Below the pieces are notes generated by a model. That model ran no database searches, was not told the origin of the DNA, and saw nothing but the letters and a program-made list of their open reading frames with translations. A program made the translations under genes and the position numbers. A DNA stretch of 64,000 nt from an uncultured Staphylococcaceae bacterium (lineage in GTDB: Bacteria > Bacillota_I > Bacilli_A > RFN20 > CAG-826): assembly GCA_964639215.1 (NCBI GenBank), contig CAZXCV010000006.1:410-64409 (forward strand), given 5' to 3'. Positions 48,611 to 57,926 of this stretch are shown piece by piece. Each line of letters opens with the position of its first letter. The stretch's first letter is position 1.

Positions 48611-49555
48611 ATGAAGACGACGGATCAAAAACGACGACCACTTGTAACGCGTTTGATCAACATTTTGCTGTGGCTTAATGGCGCGCGAAAAATATATGAT
48701 AGCGCCCGCTTATCTAATTGGTTAATTGATTCGCTTGGTGTGATTAACTCCCTACCATTTAAAACGCCACGCCTCTTGTCGAGCGGATGGGATCGGACTA
48801 AAGTTGCCGATACCATTTGCTTTATTAAAGCGGGTACAAGTCCGCATACGATTATTTTTCTGCATGGTGGCGGCTATACCCAACGCCCAACGCTTTTTCA
48901 TTTTAAATTAATGGATAATATCCACGAACAAACGCAAGCGAATATTATCTTTCCGCTATATCCACTCGCCCCGAACGATAATTATCGGACCGCTTACGAA
49001 AAAGTAACATCGATTTATCGTGAAGTATTATTATTTTCAAAAGGTCACTGCCTCACATTAATGGGCGATTCTGCGGGTGGCGGACTGGCACTAGGCCATT
49101 ACCTTCATTTTGCCGAACAAGGAATTGCTTTGCCTGATAAGCTCATTCTCATTGCTCCGTTTCTTGACATTACTATGTCAAACGAGGATATCCCCGCGAT
49201 TGAAAAGAAAGACCGGATGCTTGGTTCAACCGGACTCATTGAGTTTGGAAAACGTTGGGCGGCTGGTGATAATCCGCGCGATTATCATCTCAGTCCCATC
49301 TATGGAGATTTAGCGGTCGTTGATAAATTATTATTAGTCGCTGGCACGAATGACATCCTTTTTCCTGATGCGAAATTGCTATATGAGAAATTAAAAATAC
49401 TAGGAAAACAAGTGGAATTTACAATTGGTCTTGATATGCCCCACGATTATCCATTAATGCCAACGCCAGAAGCGCGTCAAGTAATTAACGACATTAGTAA
49501 CTATATTATTCATAGCTCGTGTCGAATTCATCACGATAGCGAAGAAAGTTTATAA
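48611..49555 (+). CDS. Alpha/beta hydrolase (HSL-like esterase/lipase)
   Basis: FLHGGGY oxyanion motif, GDSAGG nucleophile, DxxF...H near the C-terminus. ATG at 48611 with AAGGTGG RBS. Confidence 0.6.
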   Translation: MKTTDQKRRPLVTRLINILLWLNGARKIYDSARLSNWLIDSLGVINSLPFKTPRLLSSGWDRTKVADTICFIKAGTSPHTIIFLHGGGYTQRPTLFHFKLMDNIHEQTQANIIFPLYPLAPNDNYRTAYEKVTSIYREVLLFSKGHCLTLMGDSAGGGLALGHYLHFAEQGIALPDKLILIAPFLDITMSNEDIPAIEKKDRMLGSTGLIEFGKRWAAGDNPRDYHLSPIYGDLAVVDKLLLVAGTNDILFPDAKLLYEKLKILGKQVEFTIGLDMPHDYPLMPTPEARQVINDISNYIIHSSCRIHHDSEESL

Positions 49556-50782
49556 ACCTAGCTGTAATTTTCCTAGACGCTTATCAATAAATACTAATGT
49601 GATGATTGACAGTAATTCAAACGTTATGGTGACAATGACAAGGGCAACTAAATTTACTTGATAGAGCCAACCGATTAAAAGCGAGCCTAAAAACCAACAT
49701 ATCCCAAACAATGCATTAAAGATGCCATAAGCGCGACCGCGGCTCTCTTTTGGCACGAGCGTAGCAATGACCGCTTTTAACACGGATTCCTGGGCGCCCA
49801 TACCAATACCCCAAGCAAACATGCCAATAATGAGCGACCAAAGTGTCGGAACTAAGAATATAAAAGCTGATGTGGCTCCTGCAAGTACAAGCGCGATTAT
49901 TAATGATTTAATTCCAATCTTGTCATATAACACTCCAAACACAAGAGCCGACAGCGCATCAATGCCCATCGCAAATGCATAAATTAAGGGAATGTAAATG
50001 ACAGATACGATGGCCTTATCTTCGATAAAGAAGGCAATTAATGGATAATCAATAAAGCCAAATGCTAAAAAACCAATGGCTAGCATATAAAACCAAAAAT
50101 CTCGGGTAGCAATATGGGCCATTTCTTTTTTGGTATTTTCAAGTTTTTCTGGCTGTGGGTATCGCCAACGAGCAATGGTCAGAATTACTAATGTTAAAAT
50201 CGCAAAAATACCAAGATAAGCAAAAGCGATTTGATAACTTGTCAGTGATCCGACACCGCCATATGATAGGATTCCAAATACAAATAAGGGACCAAGGAAT
50301 GCCCCGATTTGATCCATGACTTCTTGAATAGCAAATGTTTTGCCTGGTCCTAACTCTAGGGAAGCAAATGAAGTTAAAACGCTTTTAGCAGGAGCACGAA
50401 TTGATTTGCCAAGTCGCTCAAGCAATATCAAAACAAGGGCAACACCCCAAATACTTGGTCCAACAAGTGCTAGTAATGGAATCGCTAATAGATTAATACT
50501 ATAACCGATGAACATCGCCAGCCAGTATTTGCGGGTTTTATCAATGATGATGCCCGTGACAATTCTCAGACCATAGCCAATCATCTCTCCAAGTCCGGCA
50601 ATCGTCGCCACCCAAAAAGCGGTGACGCCCAATTCACTAAGATAAGGACCATAAATACTTCGGGCACCTTCGTGCGTAAAGTCTGAAAAGAGACTAATAA
50701 CACTAATAAATGCTAAAAATATTAAAGCTGATCTTGATTTAATTTTTGCTGATTGTGACTTTGGTTCTTCTGAAGAGTTCAT
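49550..50782 (-). CDS. MFS transporter
   Basis: 410 aa, 12 TM. Confidence 0.65.
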   Translation of the reverse strand: MNSSEEPKSQSAKIKSRSALIFLAFISVISLFSDFTHEGARSIYGPYLSELGVTAFWVATIAGLGEMIGYGLRIVTGIIIDKTRKYWLAMFIGYSINLLAIPLLALVGPSIWGVALVLILLERLGKSIRAPAKSVLTSFASLELGPGKTFAIQEVMDQIGAFLGPLFVFGILSYGGVGSLTSYQIAFAYLGIFAILTLVILTIARWRYPQPEKLENTKKEMAHIATRDFWFYMLAIGFLAFGFIDYPLIAFFIEDKAIVSVIYIPLIYAFAMGIDALSALVFGVLYDKIGIKSLIIALVLAGATSAFIFLVPTLWSLIIGMFAWGIGMGAQESVLKAVIATLVPKESRGRAYGIFNALFGICWFLGSLLIGWLYQVNLVALVIVTITFELLSIITLVFIDKRLGKLQLGL

Positions 50783-50787
50783 GGTTA

Positions 50788-51129
50788 TTATCGTGGTTGA
50801 CGATAAATGGGATTACTCGGATTGGGAGCGATGTTCACGAGGAGTGATAAATCGCTACTGACCAAAGGGACTTCGAGCAAATCAGTCCCCGATAAGAAAT
50901 ACAATTGACCTGCGTGTATTGCTGCTTGGGCATCATTAATCGCGATTGTGCCCGTTCCCTTGATAATTTGAATTGTCAATGTGCCACCTTCATGGCCGTG
51001 ACGTGGTAACTTTTGCCCGGGCTTTAAGTTAAGAACGAATGTCAAGATGTCTTGATCTTGATAAATGATTTTTTTAGTTAAATGCTCATCGTTAAACGAT
51101 AAATACTGTTCAAGCAATTTGATATCCAT
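50788..51129 (-). CDS. Cupin domain protein
   Basis: About 113 aa. RHGHEGGTLTIQIIKGTG is a cupin motif-1 like GX5HXH...E. Confidence 0.45.
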   Translation of the reverse strand: MDIKLLEQYLSFNDEHLTKKIIYQDQDILTFVLNLKPGQKLPRHGHEGGTLTIQIIKGTGTIAINDAQAAIHAGQLYFLSGTDLLEVPLVSSDLSLLVNIAPNPSNPIYRQPR

Positions 51130-51284
51130 AAGTGACCTCCGTTTAAACAATACGATATCACAAATAAAGTTATGGGACTTACTGGAGTGATGAAAATGAG
51201 TGGATTAATAATCAAACTACCACGATTAATATGTTACTAGTAAAAATCGATGAAATTATTTAAAATTAGGCAAGAGGTGGTCAT

Positions 51285-51743
51285 ATGGATAATTTCATGG
51301 ATTTAGCAATAAAAGAAGCCGAGCACGGCATTCGTCATGGGCATGGCGGTCCGTTTGGTTCTGTCATCGTAAAAGAAGGTCATGTCGTGGGTCGTGGTCA
51401 TAATGAAGTCGTTAAAAATCAAGATCCAACGTGCCATGGTGAAATGATGGCTATTCATGATGCGTGTAAAACGTTAAAAACATTCGATTTAAGCGGTTGC
51501 GAACTATACACGACGGCTGAACCATGTCCGATGTGTCTAGGCGCAATTTTGTGGTCGAACATTCGTAAAGTATACTTTGGGTGTAACATCGTCGACACCG
51601 AAAAAATCGGTTTTCGTGACAAGGTATTTTATGAAATGAATGCCTCGGGTCAAAAAGACCAATTGCTCCATGAATTAGATCGCGAGGCGTGCCTAAAACT
51701 GTTCGCTGAATATCAAAACATCAGTAACAAAACGAATTACTAA
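51285..51743 (+). CDS. guaD: Guanine deaminase, CDA-fold (GuaD-like)
   Basis: 152 aa. GGPFGSVIVKEG, H(G)E and PCPMCLGAI zinc motifs, FRDKVFYE C-terminus. Closely resembles B. subtilis GuaD as recalled. Confidence 0.6.
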   Translation: MDNFMDLAIKEAEHGIRHGHGGPFGSVIVKEGHVVGRGHNEVVKNQDPTCHGEMMAIHDACKTLKTFDLSGCELYTTAEPCPMCLGAILWSNIRKVYFGCNIVDTEKIGFRDKVFYEMNASGQKDQLLHELDREACLKLFAEYQNISNKTNY

Positions 51744-51745
51744 AT

Positions 51746-51777
51746 AAAAAAGACGCTACCTCGGTAGCGCCTTTTAA
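51746..51777. terminator. Bidirectional terminator between guaD and the purine-catabolic operon
   Basis: AAAAAAGACGCTACC-TCG-GTAGCGCCTTTT. Confidence 0.7.
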
Positions 51778-51792
51778 TTGCTGGGTCTAAAT

Positions 51793-52776
51793 TTATTTAT
51801 CGCCCATCGTCATTGCCATCACCGCTTTAGCGGTGTGGAGACGATTTTCAGCTTCTTGATACACGATGGAATGCGGTCCGTCAATTACCGAATCTTCGAC
51901 TTCATTACCACGGTCCGCTGGTAATGCATGCATGTATTTAACATCCGGACTCGCTAGCGCCATCATCACTTCGGTACATTTCCAGCTCTTGTATGATTCT
52001 AGAAGGTCATCAACGACTTGCGTTGATTGATTGGTGACCCAGCTACCCCAGTTTTTGGGGATGACAATGTCAGCGCCATGATAAGCTTCTTCCATATCAT
52101 GCGTGATGCGGAACGACCCGCCATGTTCAAGGGCATTCTTTTTCGCTTTTTCAATCGCCCAATCGGGTAAATCATAACCCTTGGGGTAAGCGAGTGTCAC
52201 ATCCATCGCATATCGTGGAAATAACAATATTTGTGATAAGGGGACACTGATAGGTTTTTTATGACTTTTGGCATAAGCCCAGATAATCGAAATTTTAATG
52301 TGCTTCTTGTTCGGAAAAACTTCTTGAATCGTCATCAAATCAGCCAGTGCTTGCATCGGGTGATAAATATCACATTGTAAGTTCATAATTGGTACGGTTG
52401 AGTGGGCAGCCATCTCGCGAATATACTTGTTACCAACGCCCCAAAAACAATTGCGACAGGCGATTCCATGACCATAAGAACTGAGAATGGTAGCGGTATC
52501 TTTGGCGCTTTCTCCATGTGAGATTTGCATCATTGAGGTATCAAGGAACGTCGCATGACCTCCAAGTTGTGCCAATCCGGATTCCATCGAATTACGCGTC
52601 CTCGTTGATTGTTCAAAGAACATGAGAAAAGCGGTTTTATTTGTGAGATAAGGTGTCGGTACATTCGTGCGGAATTTTTGCTTGAGATCAAATGAAACTT
52701 CCAGTAATTTGTCAATCTCTGGTTTTGCCCATTCTTCGAGCGTGATAAAGTGGCGTCCTTTAAAAAGTGGCTTCAT
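51793..52776 (-). CDS. Carbamoyltransferase, YgeW-like (ATCase/OTCase superfamily)
   Basis: STRTR carbamoyl-phosphate motif, HPMQALAD. Not a canonical OTC SxGDxxNxxxS pattern. Confidence 0.65.
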   Translation of the reverse strand: MKPLFKGRHFITLEEWAKPEIDKLLEVSFDLKQKFRTNVPTPYLTNKTAFLMFFEQSTRTRNSMESGLAQLGGHATFLDTSMMQISHGESAKDTATILSSYGHGIACRNCFWGVGNKYIREMAAHSTVPIMNLQCDIYHPMQALADLMTIQEVFPNKKHIKISIIWAYAKSHKKPISVPLSQILLFPRYAMDVTLAYPKGYDLPDWAIEKAKKNALEHGGSFRITHDMEEAYHGADIVIPKNWGSWVTNQSTQVVDDLLESYKSWKCTEVMMALASPDVKYMHALPADRGNEVEDSVIDGPHSIVYQEAENRLHTAKAVMAMTMGDK

Positions 52777-52779
52777 CGG

Positions 52780-53997
52780 TTACTTTCCTCCCTTTTGTTG
52801 ATGTTGCACATATTGAAGTGGCAAGACAGCATATAATGCGGCACATGTCACTAAATCATTTTTCCTTGTTTTTTCATTTGGCGCGTGAGCTTCCTTTTCA
52901 TCACCTGGTCCAAATCCGACGCAAGGAATACCATAACGTCCCATAATCGTGACACCATTCGTTGAGAATGTCCATTTATCGACGACTGGATTTGTTTTAA
53001 ATAAACCTTTATAAGCGTCAACGGCGCTAACGCACGCTATATGATCTTCAGGAATAACCCAAGTTGGGAAATACGATTCAGTTGGGTAAACAAGACCCGT
53101 ATAAGACGGCCGTTTATAATCATACATTTCAACTTTGGCATTTGCGGCTTTTACCGAGGGTAACGCTCTAATTTCTTCAAGGGCGGATAAATGTGTTTCA
53201 CCAACAGTCAAACGGCGATCAATTGAAATCGCACAACCATCAGCGACAGCACATCGCGATGGTGAGGAATAAAATATCTCACTAATCGTCATTGTGCCCT
53301 TACCTAGAAATGGGTCATAAGCCAAACGTTCATTTAATTTTTGAATATCTGAGATAATTGGTCCCATTTTATAAATAGCATTATCGCCACGCTCAGGGGC
53401 ACTGCCATGACAACTAACACCGTGAGTGCTCACCTTAATTTCCATCCGTCCGCGATGACCACGATAAATTTGACAAGACGTTGGCTCAGTAATCACGACG
53501 AACTCTGGTCGGATCTTATCTTCTTCAATAATGAACTGCCACGGGAGCCCGTCGCAATCTTCCTCCTGGACTGTTGCTGTAATTAGAAGAGTATAATCTC
53601 CTTCAAGCTTCAAATCTTTAATAATTTTTCCGGCATATACCATCGAAGCCATGCCGCCTTCTTGATCACTACCACCACGACCACCGATGTATGTTTCATC
53701 TTCATAGCCTTGATATGGGTCAAATGTCCAATTTTTTAGTTCGCCAATCCCAACCGTATCGATATGCGCGTCCATCGCGATGAGATGTTTTCCATGTCCG
53801 ATATAACCAAGTAGGTTACCCATCTTATCGATCTCGACTTTGTCGAACCCGACATGCTCCATTTCGCGTTTAATCCGTAAGATGACGTCTTTTTCTTGAC
53901 ATGATTCACTTGGAATCGCAATCATGTCGCGTAAAAACGCGGTCATCTCTTTTTGATAACTTTTGGCTTTTGCTAAGATTGTCTCAAATGGAATCAT
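52780..53997 (-). CDS. M20 family metallohydrolase, YgeY-like
   Basis: 405 aa. M20 metal ligands (AHIDTV, GGRGGSD, EE-D), dimerisation insert. Confidence 0.65.
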   Translation of the reverse strand: MIPFETILAKAKSYQKEMTAFLRDMIAIPSESCQEKDVILRIKREMEHVGFDKVEIDKMGNLLGYIGHGKHLIAMDAHIDTVGIGELKNWTFDPYQGYEDETYIGGRGGSDQEGGMASMVYAGKIIKDLKLEGDYTLLITATVQEEDCDGLPWQFIIEEDKIRPEFVVITEPTSCQIYRGHRGRMEIKVSTHGVSCHGSAPERGDNAIYKMGPIISDIQKLNERLAYDPFLGKGTMTISEIFYSSPSRCAVADGCAISIDRRLTVGETHLSALEEIRALPSVKAANAKVEMYDYKRPSYTGLVYPTESYFPTWVIPEDHIACVSAVDAYKGLFKTNPVVDKWTFSTNGVTIMGRYGIPCVGFGPGDEKEAHAPNEKTRKNDLVTCAALYAVLPLQYVQHQQKGGK

Positions 53998-55373
53998 AAT
54001 GCCTTACCTCGTTTTTCTTTAATTAACTTGTCATACGCAAATACTTTTTCGTATTCTTGATGCCAAAATTCACTTTGACGCATCGCATCAAGATATGCTT
54101 GCGAATAACCAAATTTTAACCAGTCTTTTTCTTTTTGATGGAAGAGCCGTTCTTTCACTTCATGGACGCGGGCGTCTTCAACATCGGCATCGGTTATCTT
54201 CAAGAAAATGTCTTGATACCATCGATGCATTACAAAGTCCTCTGTTTCGAGCACGCGCCGTTTAAGGTCGGTCATCACTGAGTCATACCGATCATAGCCA
54301 TCAGTAGCAATGGTCACGACATTATCATCAGGTCCCAGTCGCAAATATTTTGCCATCTTAATCGCACCGATAATATTGCAAATACCGGATACGCCAAATA
54401 AGTCTTTCATTGCGATTGCGACATCTTCAGGCACACCATGAGCTATGAGAATTTGTGGAGCATCATGAATGATCTTTAAACCTCGGACTGAATCCTCATC
54501 TTTGATGAGGGCGATGAAATCTGTCGTTAAAATGTTATGGATTAGCGTGCACATCTTATCGCCGATGCCTTCAATGCGGTGCTGACCACGACCACCATTT
54601 GTCAAGGTTGAGCATTCATAAGGTTCCAGTGCCGTAATCTTGGCTTCAGGAAACACGGTTTTAATATGATCGCCAGCCGCTAATGTGCCAGCACTTCCAG
54701 GTGCTGAGGCAAAACAAGCAATGCGACCATTACCAATACCTTTGACGGCTTCGACTGCGGCTTGTCCTGTTACATGGCGATGAAAGCGATAGTTTGGTAA
54801 TAATTCAAATTGCGCTAAAGCACGATTTTTTGGATCTTTTTTAAGTTCGTATGTCCGTTCTAACGTCAAAATAACATCGGATTCGGTACCTGGAGTTAAA
54901 TCGAGTTTCGCACCATATTTTTGAATGCGATCATAACGTTCTTTACTCATGTTATCGGGCATGATAACGATTGAGTCGTACTTCATTAAATTGCAAATGT
55001 AAGATACGCCAATTCCAAAATTTCCCGTTGATGGTCCCAAAATCGTATGTTCGCCAGGTATGATTTCTTTATCAACACACCCTTCAATCAACGTTGAATA
55101 AGCCGGACCGACTTTGTGAGAACCTGATGGAAAGTATTTACCTAAAAGCACAACAATATTAGCGTTAACGCCAGTGAGTGCTTTGGGTAAGACAATCTTG
55201 TGGACTTCGTTTTTCTCATTTTTCCACGTGATATTAAATAGATTGAGTGGATCAAGTTCGTGATCATAGGCCCGCAGTGCTTCTTGACGCACTTTCGGAT
55301 CGATTCGATCAGGGAACGCCATCTCTTCATAGGTTGGTCCAAATGGTACTTTGCTCATATTAAATAACTCCAT
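53994..55373 (-). CDS. PLP-dependent enzyme, fold type II (TrpB-like / beta-replacement-lyase-like)
   Basis: 459 aa. PLP-Lys motif [10 protein letters not shown], Gly-rich GTGTES-like loop. Confidence 0.5.
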   Translation of the reverse strand: MELFNMSKVPFGPTYEEMAFPDRIDPKVRQEALRAYDHELDPLNLFNITWKNEKNEVHKIVLPKALTGVNANIVVLLGKYFPSGSHKVGPAYSTLIEGCVDKEIIPGEHTILGPSTGNFGIGVSYICNLMKYDSIVIMPDNMSKERYDRIQKYGAKLDLTPGTESDVILTLERTYELKKDPKNRALAQFELLPNYRFHRHVTGQAAVEAVKGIGNGRIACFASAPGSAGTLAAGDHIKTVFPEAKITALEPYECSTLTNGGRGQHRIEGIGDKMCTLIHNILTTDFIALIKDEDSVRGLKIIHDAPQILIAHGVPEDVAIAMKDLFGVSGICNIIGAIKMAKYLRLGPDDNVVTIATDGYDRYDSVMTDLKRRVLETEDFVMHRWYQDIFLKITDADVEDARVHEVKERLFHQKEKDWLKFGYSQAYLDAMRQSEFWHQEYEKVFAYDKLIKEKRGKAL

Positions 55374-56604
55374 TCTTTGTTAAATAAGCATTTACTTCTT
55401 CAATATTTTCGTTAACTAATTGCCGAGAGTGTCCAGTCTTTTGGGCATTGTTCGGATCTTTAAGCCCATTTCCAGTCATAATCATCGTGACTGTTTCATG
55501 CTTTTTAATGACCCCATCATCGATTGCCTTAATGATACCGGCTAAAGCGGTAACTCCTGCTGGTTCACCAAAGATTCCTTCATGCCGCCCTAATAAAGTC
55601 ATCGCTGCTAAGATTGATGCATCAGATACGGCAATAAAGTGGCCATTAGTCAATTTAACAGCGTTAAGTGCTTTAATCGGGTTACGAGGGATTCCAACGG
55701 CAATGCTGTCGGCCAAGGTGTTTTCTTCAGTTTCTTTAAGTGGGGCGTTTTCATTAAAAGCGGTAACAAATGGCGCGCATCCTTCACTTTGCACACCAAG
55801 AATCTTTGGTATCATATCAATCAAACCTATTTGCTTAAAGTCATAAAGTGCTTTGTAGACTCCGGCCATTGAACAACCATCTCCAACTGAAATTGCAATC
55901 CAGTCAGTTGGTGTGAAGTTTAATTGCTCGCATATTTCTAAAGCGACCGTTTTTTTGCCTTCAACTAAAAACGGATTAATAGCAGCATTACGATTATACC
56001 AACCGTATTTATCAATCGCTGTTTTTGATAAGCGATAAGCGGCTTTATAGTCACCATCAACCATGAGGACATGGGCTCCATAAATTGAAAGCTGTGTCAG
56101 TTTTCCAATTGGTGCGCGTTTTGGGACAAAGATGACGCTTTTCAAACCCATATGGGCTGCGTGACAAGCAAGACTAGAAGCAGCATTACCAGTTGAACTA
56201 CAGCTAATTGTCTTGGCGTTTTCTTCCAATGCTTTGATGACGGCAACACCACTGGCGCGATCTTTTGTCGATCCACTGGGGTTGAGACCTTCATCTTTGA
56301 TATAAAGTTTTTGAATACCAAGTAATTCACACAAGTGTCGACTCTCATAAAGTGGCGTCCAGCCGATTCTAAGCATCCGACTGAGATGCGATACATCGAC
56401 GGGTAAAAGATCGTGATAACGCCACATTGTGTAATCATGATTGTTGGCCAAATATTGTTTTGTTAACTTTTGCCTAATCTTATCGTAATCATAAACGATA
56501 TCCAAAATTCCACTTTCACCACATGATGGGCACGTGAAAAGATGATTATTTGTATAAAAATGTTGCTGGCAAATTGTACATCGGTAACCAATCATCGTAT
56601 TCAT
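55360..56604 (-). CDS. Threonine-synthase-like PLP enzyme with N-terminal Cys4 zinc ribbon
   Basis: CTICQ...CPSCG, LYIKDEGLNPSGSTKDRASG (compare ThrC NPTGSFKDRG), GNGLKD. Confidence 0.55.
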   Translation of the reverse strand: MNTMIGYRCTICQQHFYTNNHLFTCPSCGESGILDIVYDYDKIRQKLTKQYLANNHDYTMWRYHDLLPVDVSHLSRMLRIGWTPLYESRHLCELLGIQKLYIKDEGLNPSGSTKDRASGVAVIKALEENAKTISCSSTGNAASSLACHAAHMGLKSVIFVPKRAPIGKLTQLSIYGAHVLMVDGDYKAAYRLSKTAIDKYGWYNRNAAINPFLVEGKKTVALEICEQLNFTPTDWIAISVGDGCSMAGVYKALYDFKQIGLIDMIPKILGVQSEGCAPFVTAFNENAPLKETEENTLADSIAVGIPRNPIKALNAVKLTNGHFIAVSDASILAAMTLLGRHEGIFGEPAGVTALAGIIKAIDDGVIKKHETVTMIMTGNGLKDPNNAQKTGHSRQLVNENIEEVNAYLTKNGVI

Positions 56605-56613
56605 AATTCTACT

Positions 56614-57459
56614 CTATAAAATATTCTTTTCAATCATGTCATGTAAAAGATTAATTGTAACGATGCGGCGGTATTTGGCACTAGAACGTTGATCATCAAT
56701 TGGAGCGATTAATTGCTGATATTTTTCTAAAATAGTGGTCATTTGCAAACGAATTTCATCTCTCGATAATCCAATTAAACTTTCTTCTAAGGCGTGGCTA
56801 CGCACCACGGTCGGTGCGACTGCGCCAAAAGCAATGCGTAAATCCGCTAAGCGATCTTCGCTAAAACGGTACATTCCCATAAACGATACTTTTGAAATCG
56901 CATCGGCCTGACGACCTCCTACCTTATGCCAAAAAACTTTGTCATAAGCAACACGAGGAATTCGAATCTCGACGATGAGTTCGTTATTTTCCTTGATGGT
57001 TTTACGCACATCAGTAATGAATGAAGCAATCGGGACGATTCGCGTCCGGTCTTTGCTTTTTAAAACGATTTGAGCATCAAGGCAGTATAATGCAACGAGA
57101 CTATCACCAGCTGGTGAAGCGTTACCAATATTTCCGGCTAGTGTCGCCATATGACGAATTCCAGGCGAAGCCATTTCTTTAATAATCATTTTCAGTGGTG
57201 CTGGTGTTGTTTGAGACATTAAAATTTCTTCAAGTGGTGTCATCGCTCCAATTTTTACACAGTCGGAACTATCTTGAATATATGTCAGTTCCTTCAAGTT
57301 ATAAACATAGAGTATATCGCCATCAAATTTAGGTAGAACACCGGCACCAGCGCGTTTTTGAATCATCAAGTCGGTACCACCAGCCATAATCTTATAAGTT
57401 CCGATGGCTAAATAATCCAAAGCTTCGGTAAGTGTTTTGGGAATGACGTGCTTTACCAT
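56614..57459 (-). CDS. Molybdenum hydroxylase FAD-binding subunit (XdhB/CoxM-like)
   Basis: 281 aa. AGGTDL motif, CO-dehydrogenase flavoprotein fold. Confidence 0.75.
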   Translation of the reverse strand: MVKHVIPKTLTEALDYLAIGTYKIMAGGTDLMIQKRAGAGVLPKFDGDILYVYNLKELTYIQDSSDCVKIGAMTPLEEILMSQTTPAPLKMIIKEMASPGIRHMATLAGNIGNASPAGDSLVALYCLDAQIVLKSKDRTRIVPIASFITDVRKTIKENNELIVEIRIPRVAYDKVFWHKVGGRQADAISKVSFMGMYRFSEDRLADLRIAFGAVAPTVVRSHALEESLIGLSRDEIRLQMTTILEKYQQLIAPIDDQRSSAKYRRIVTINLLHDMIEKNIL

Positions 57460-57926
57460 AACCCCGCACCATCCTTCATCGCTTGTTGGACTGCTTTGAT
57501 AATCATGTTATAACCTGTGCACCGACAAAGATTACCAGATAGCCCAATGCGTATTTCTTCCTCAGTAGGATTGGGATTTTGATTGAGGAGACTTTCAGTT
57601 GCCATAATCATCCCCGGTGTACAAATACCACATTGTGAGCCCCCTTCATCATGAAAGGCATTCTTAATTACTTGATAGCGGGCTGTCTTAGAAAAACCTT
57701 CAATCGTCATAATTTTATGACCTTGGACATTTGCCAATGGTAAACAACAACTATTGACGACTTTTCCATCTAATAACACCGAACAAGCGCCACATTCACC
57801 CTCACCGCACCCCTCTTTTGGTCCCGTTAAGTGGAAATGTTCACGTAAAACATCGAGTAATCGCATGCTACCAGGCAATGCAACTGCAATTTTTTCGTTA
57901 TTTAATTCAAATTCTATTTTAATCAT
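57453..57926 (-). CDS. Molybdenum hydroxylase [2Fe-2S] subunit (XdhC/CoxS-like)
   Basis: 157 aa. CGEGECGAC plus CGICTPG...C-x-C. Confidence 0.8.
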   Translation of the reverse strand: MIKIEFELNNEKIAVALPGSMRLLDVLREHFHLTGPKEGCGEGECGACSVLLDGKVVNSCCLPLANVQGHKIMTIEGFSKTARYQVIKNAFHDEGGSQCGICTPGMIMATESLLNQNPNPTEEEIRIGLSGNLCRCTGYNMIIKAVQQAMKDGAGLW

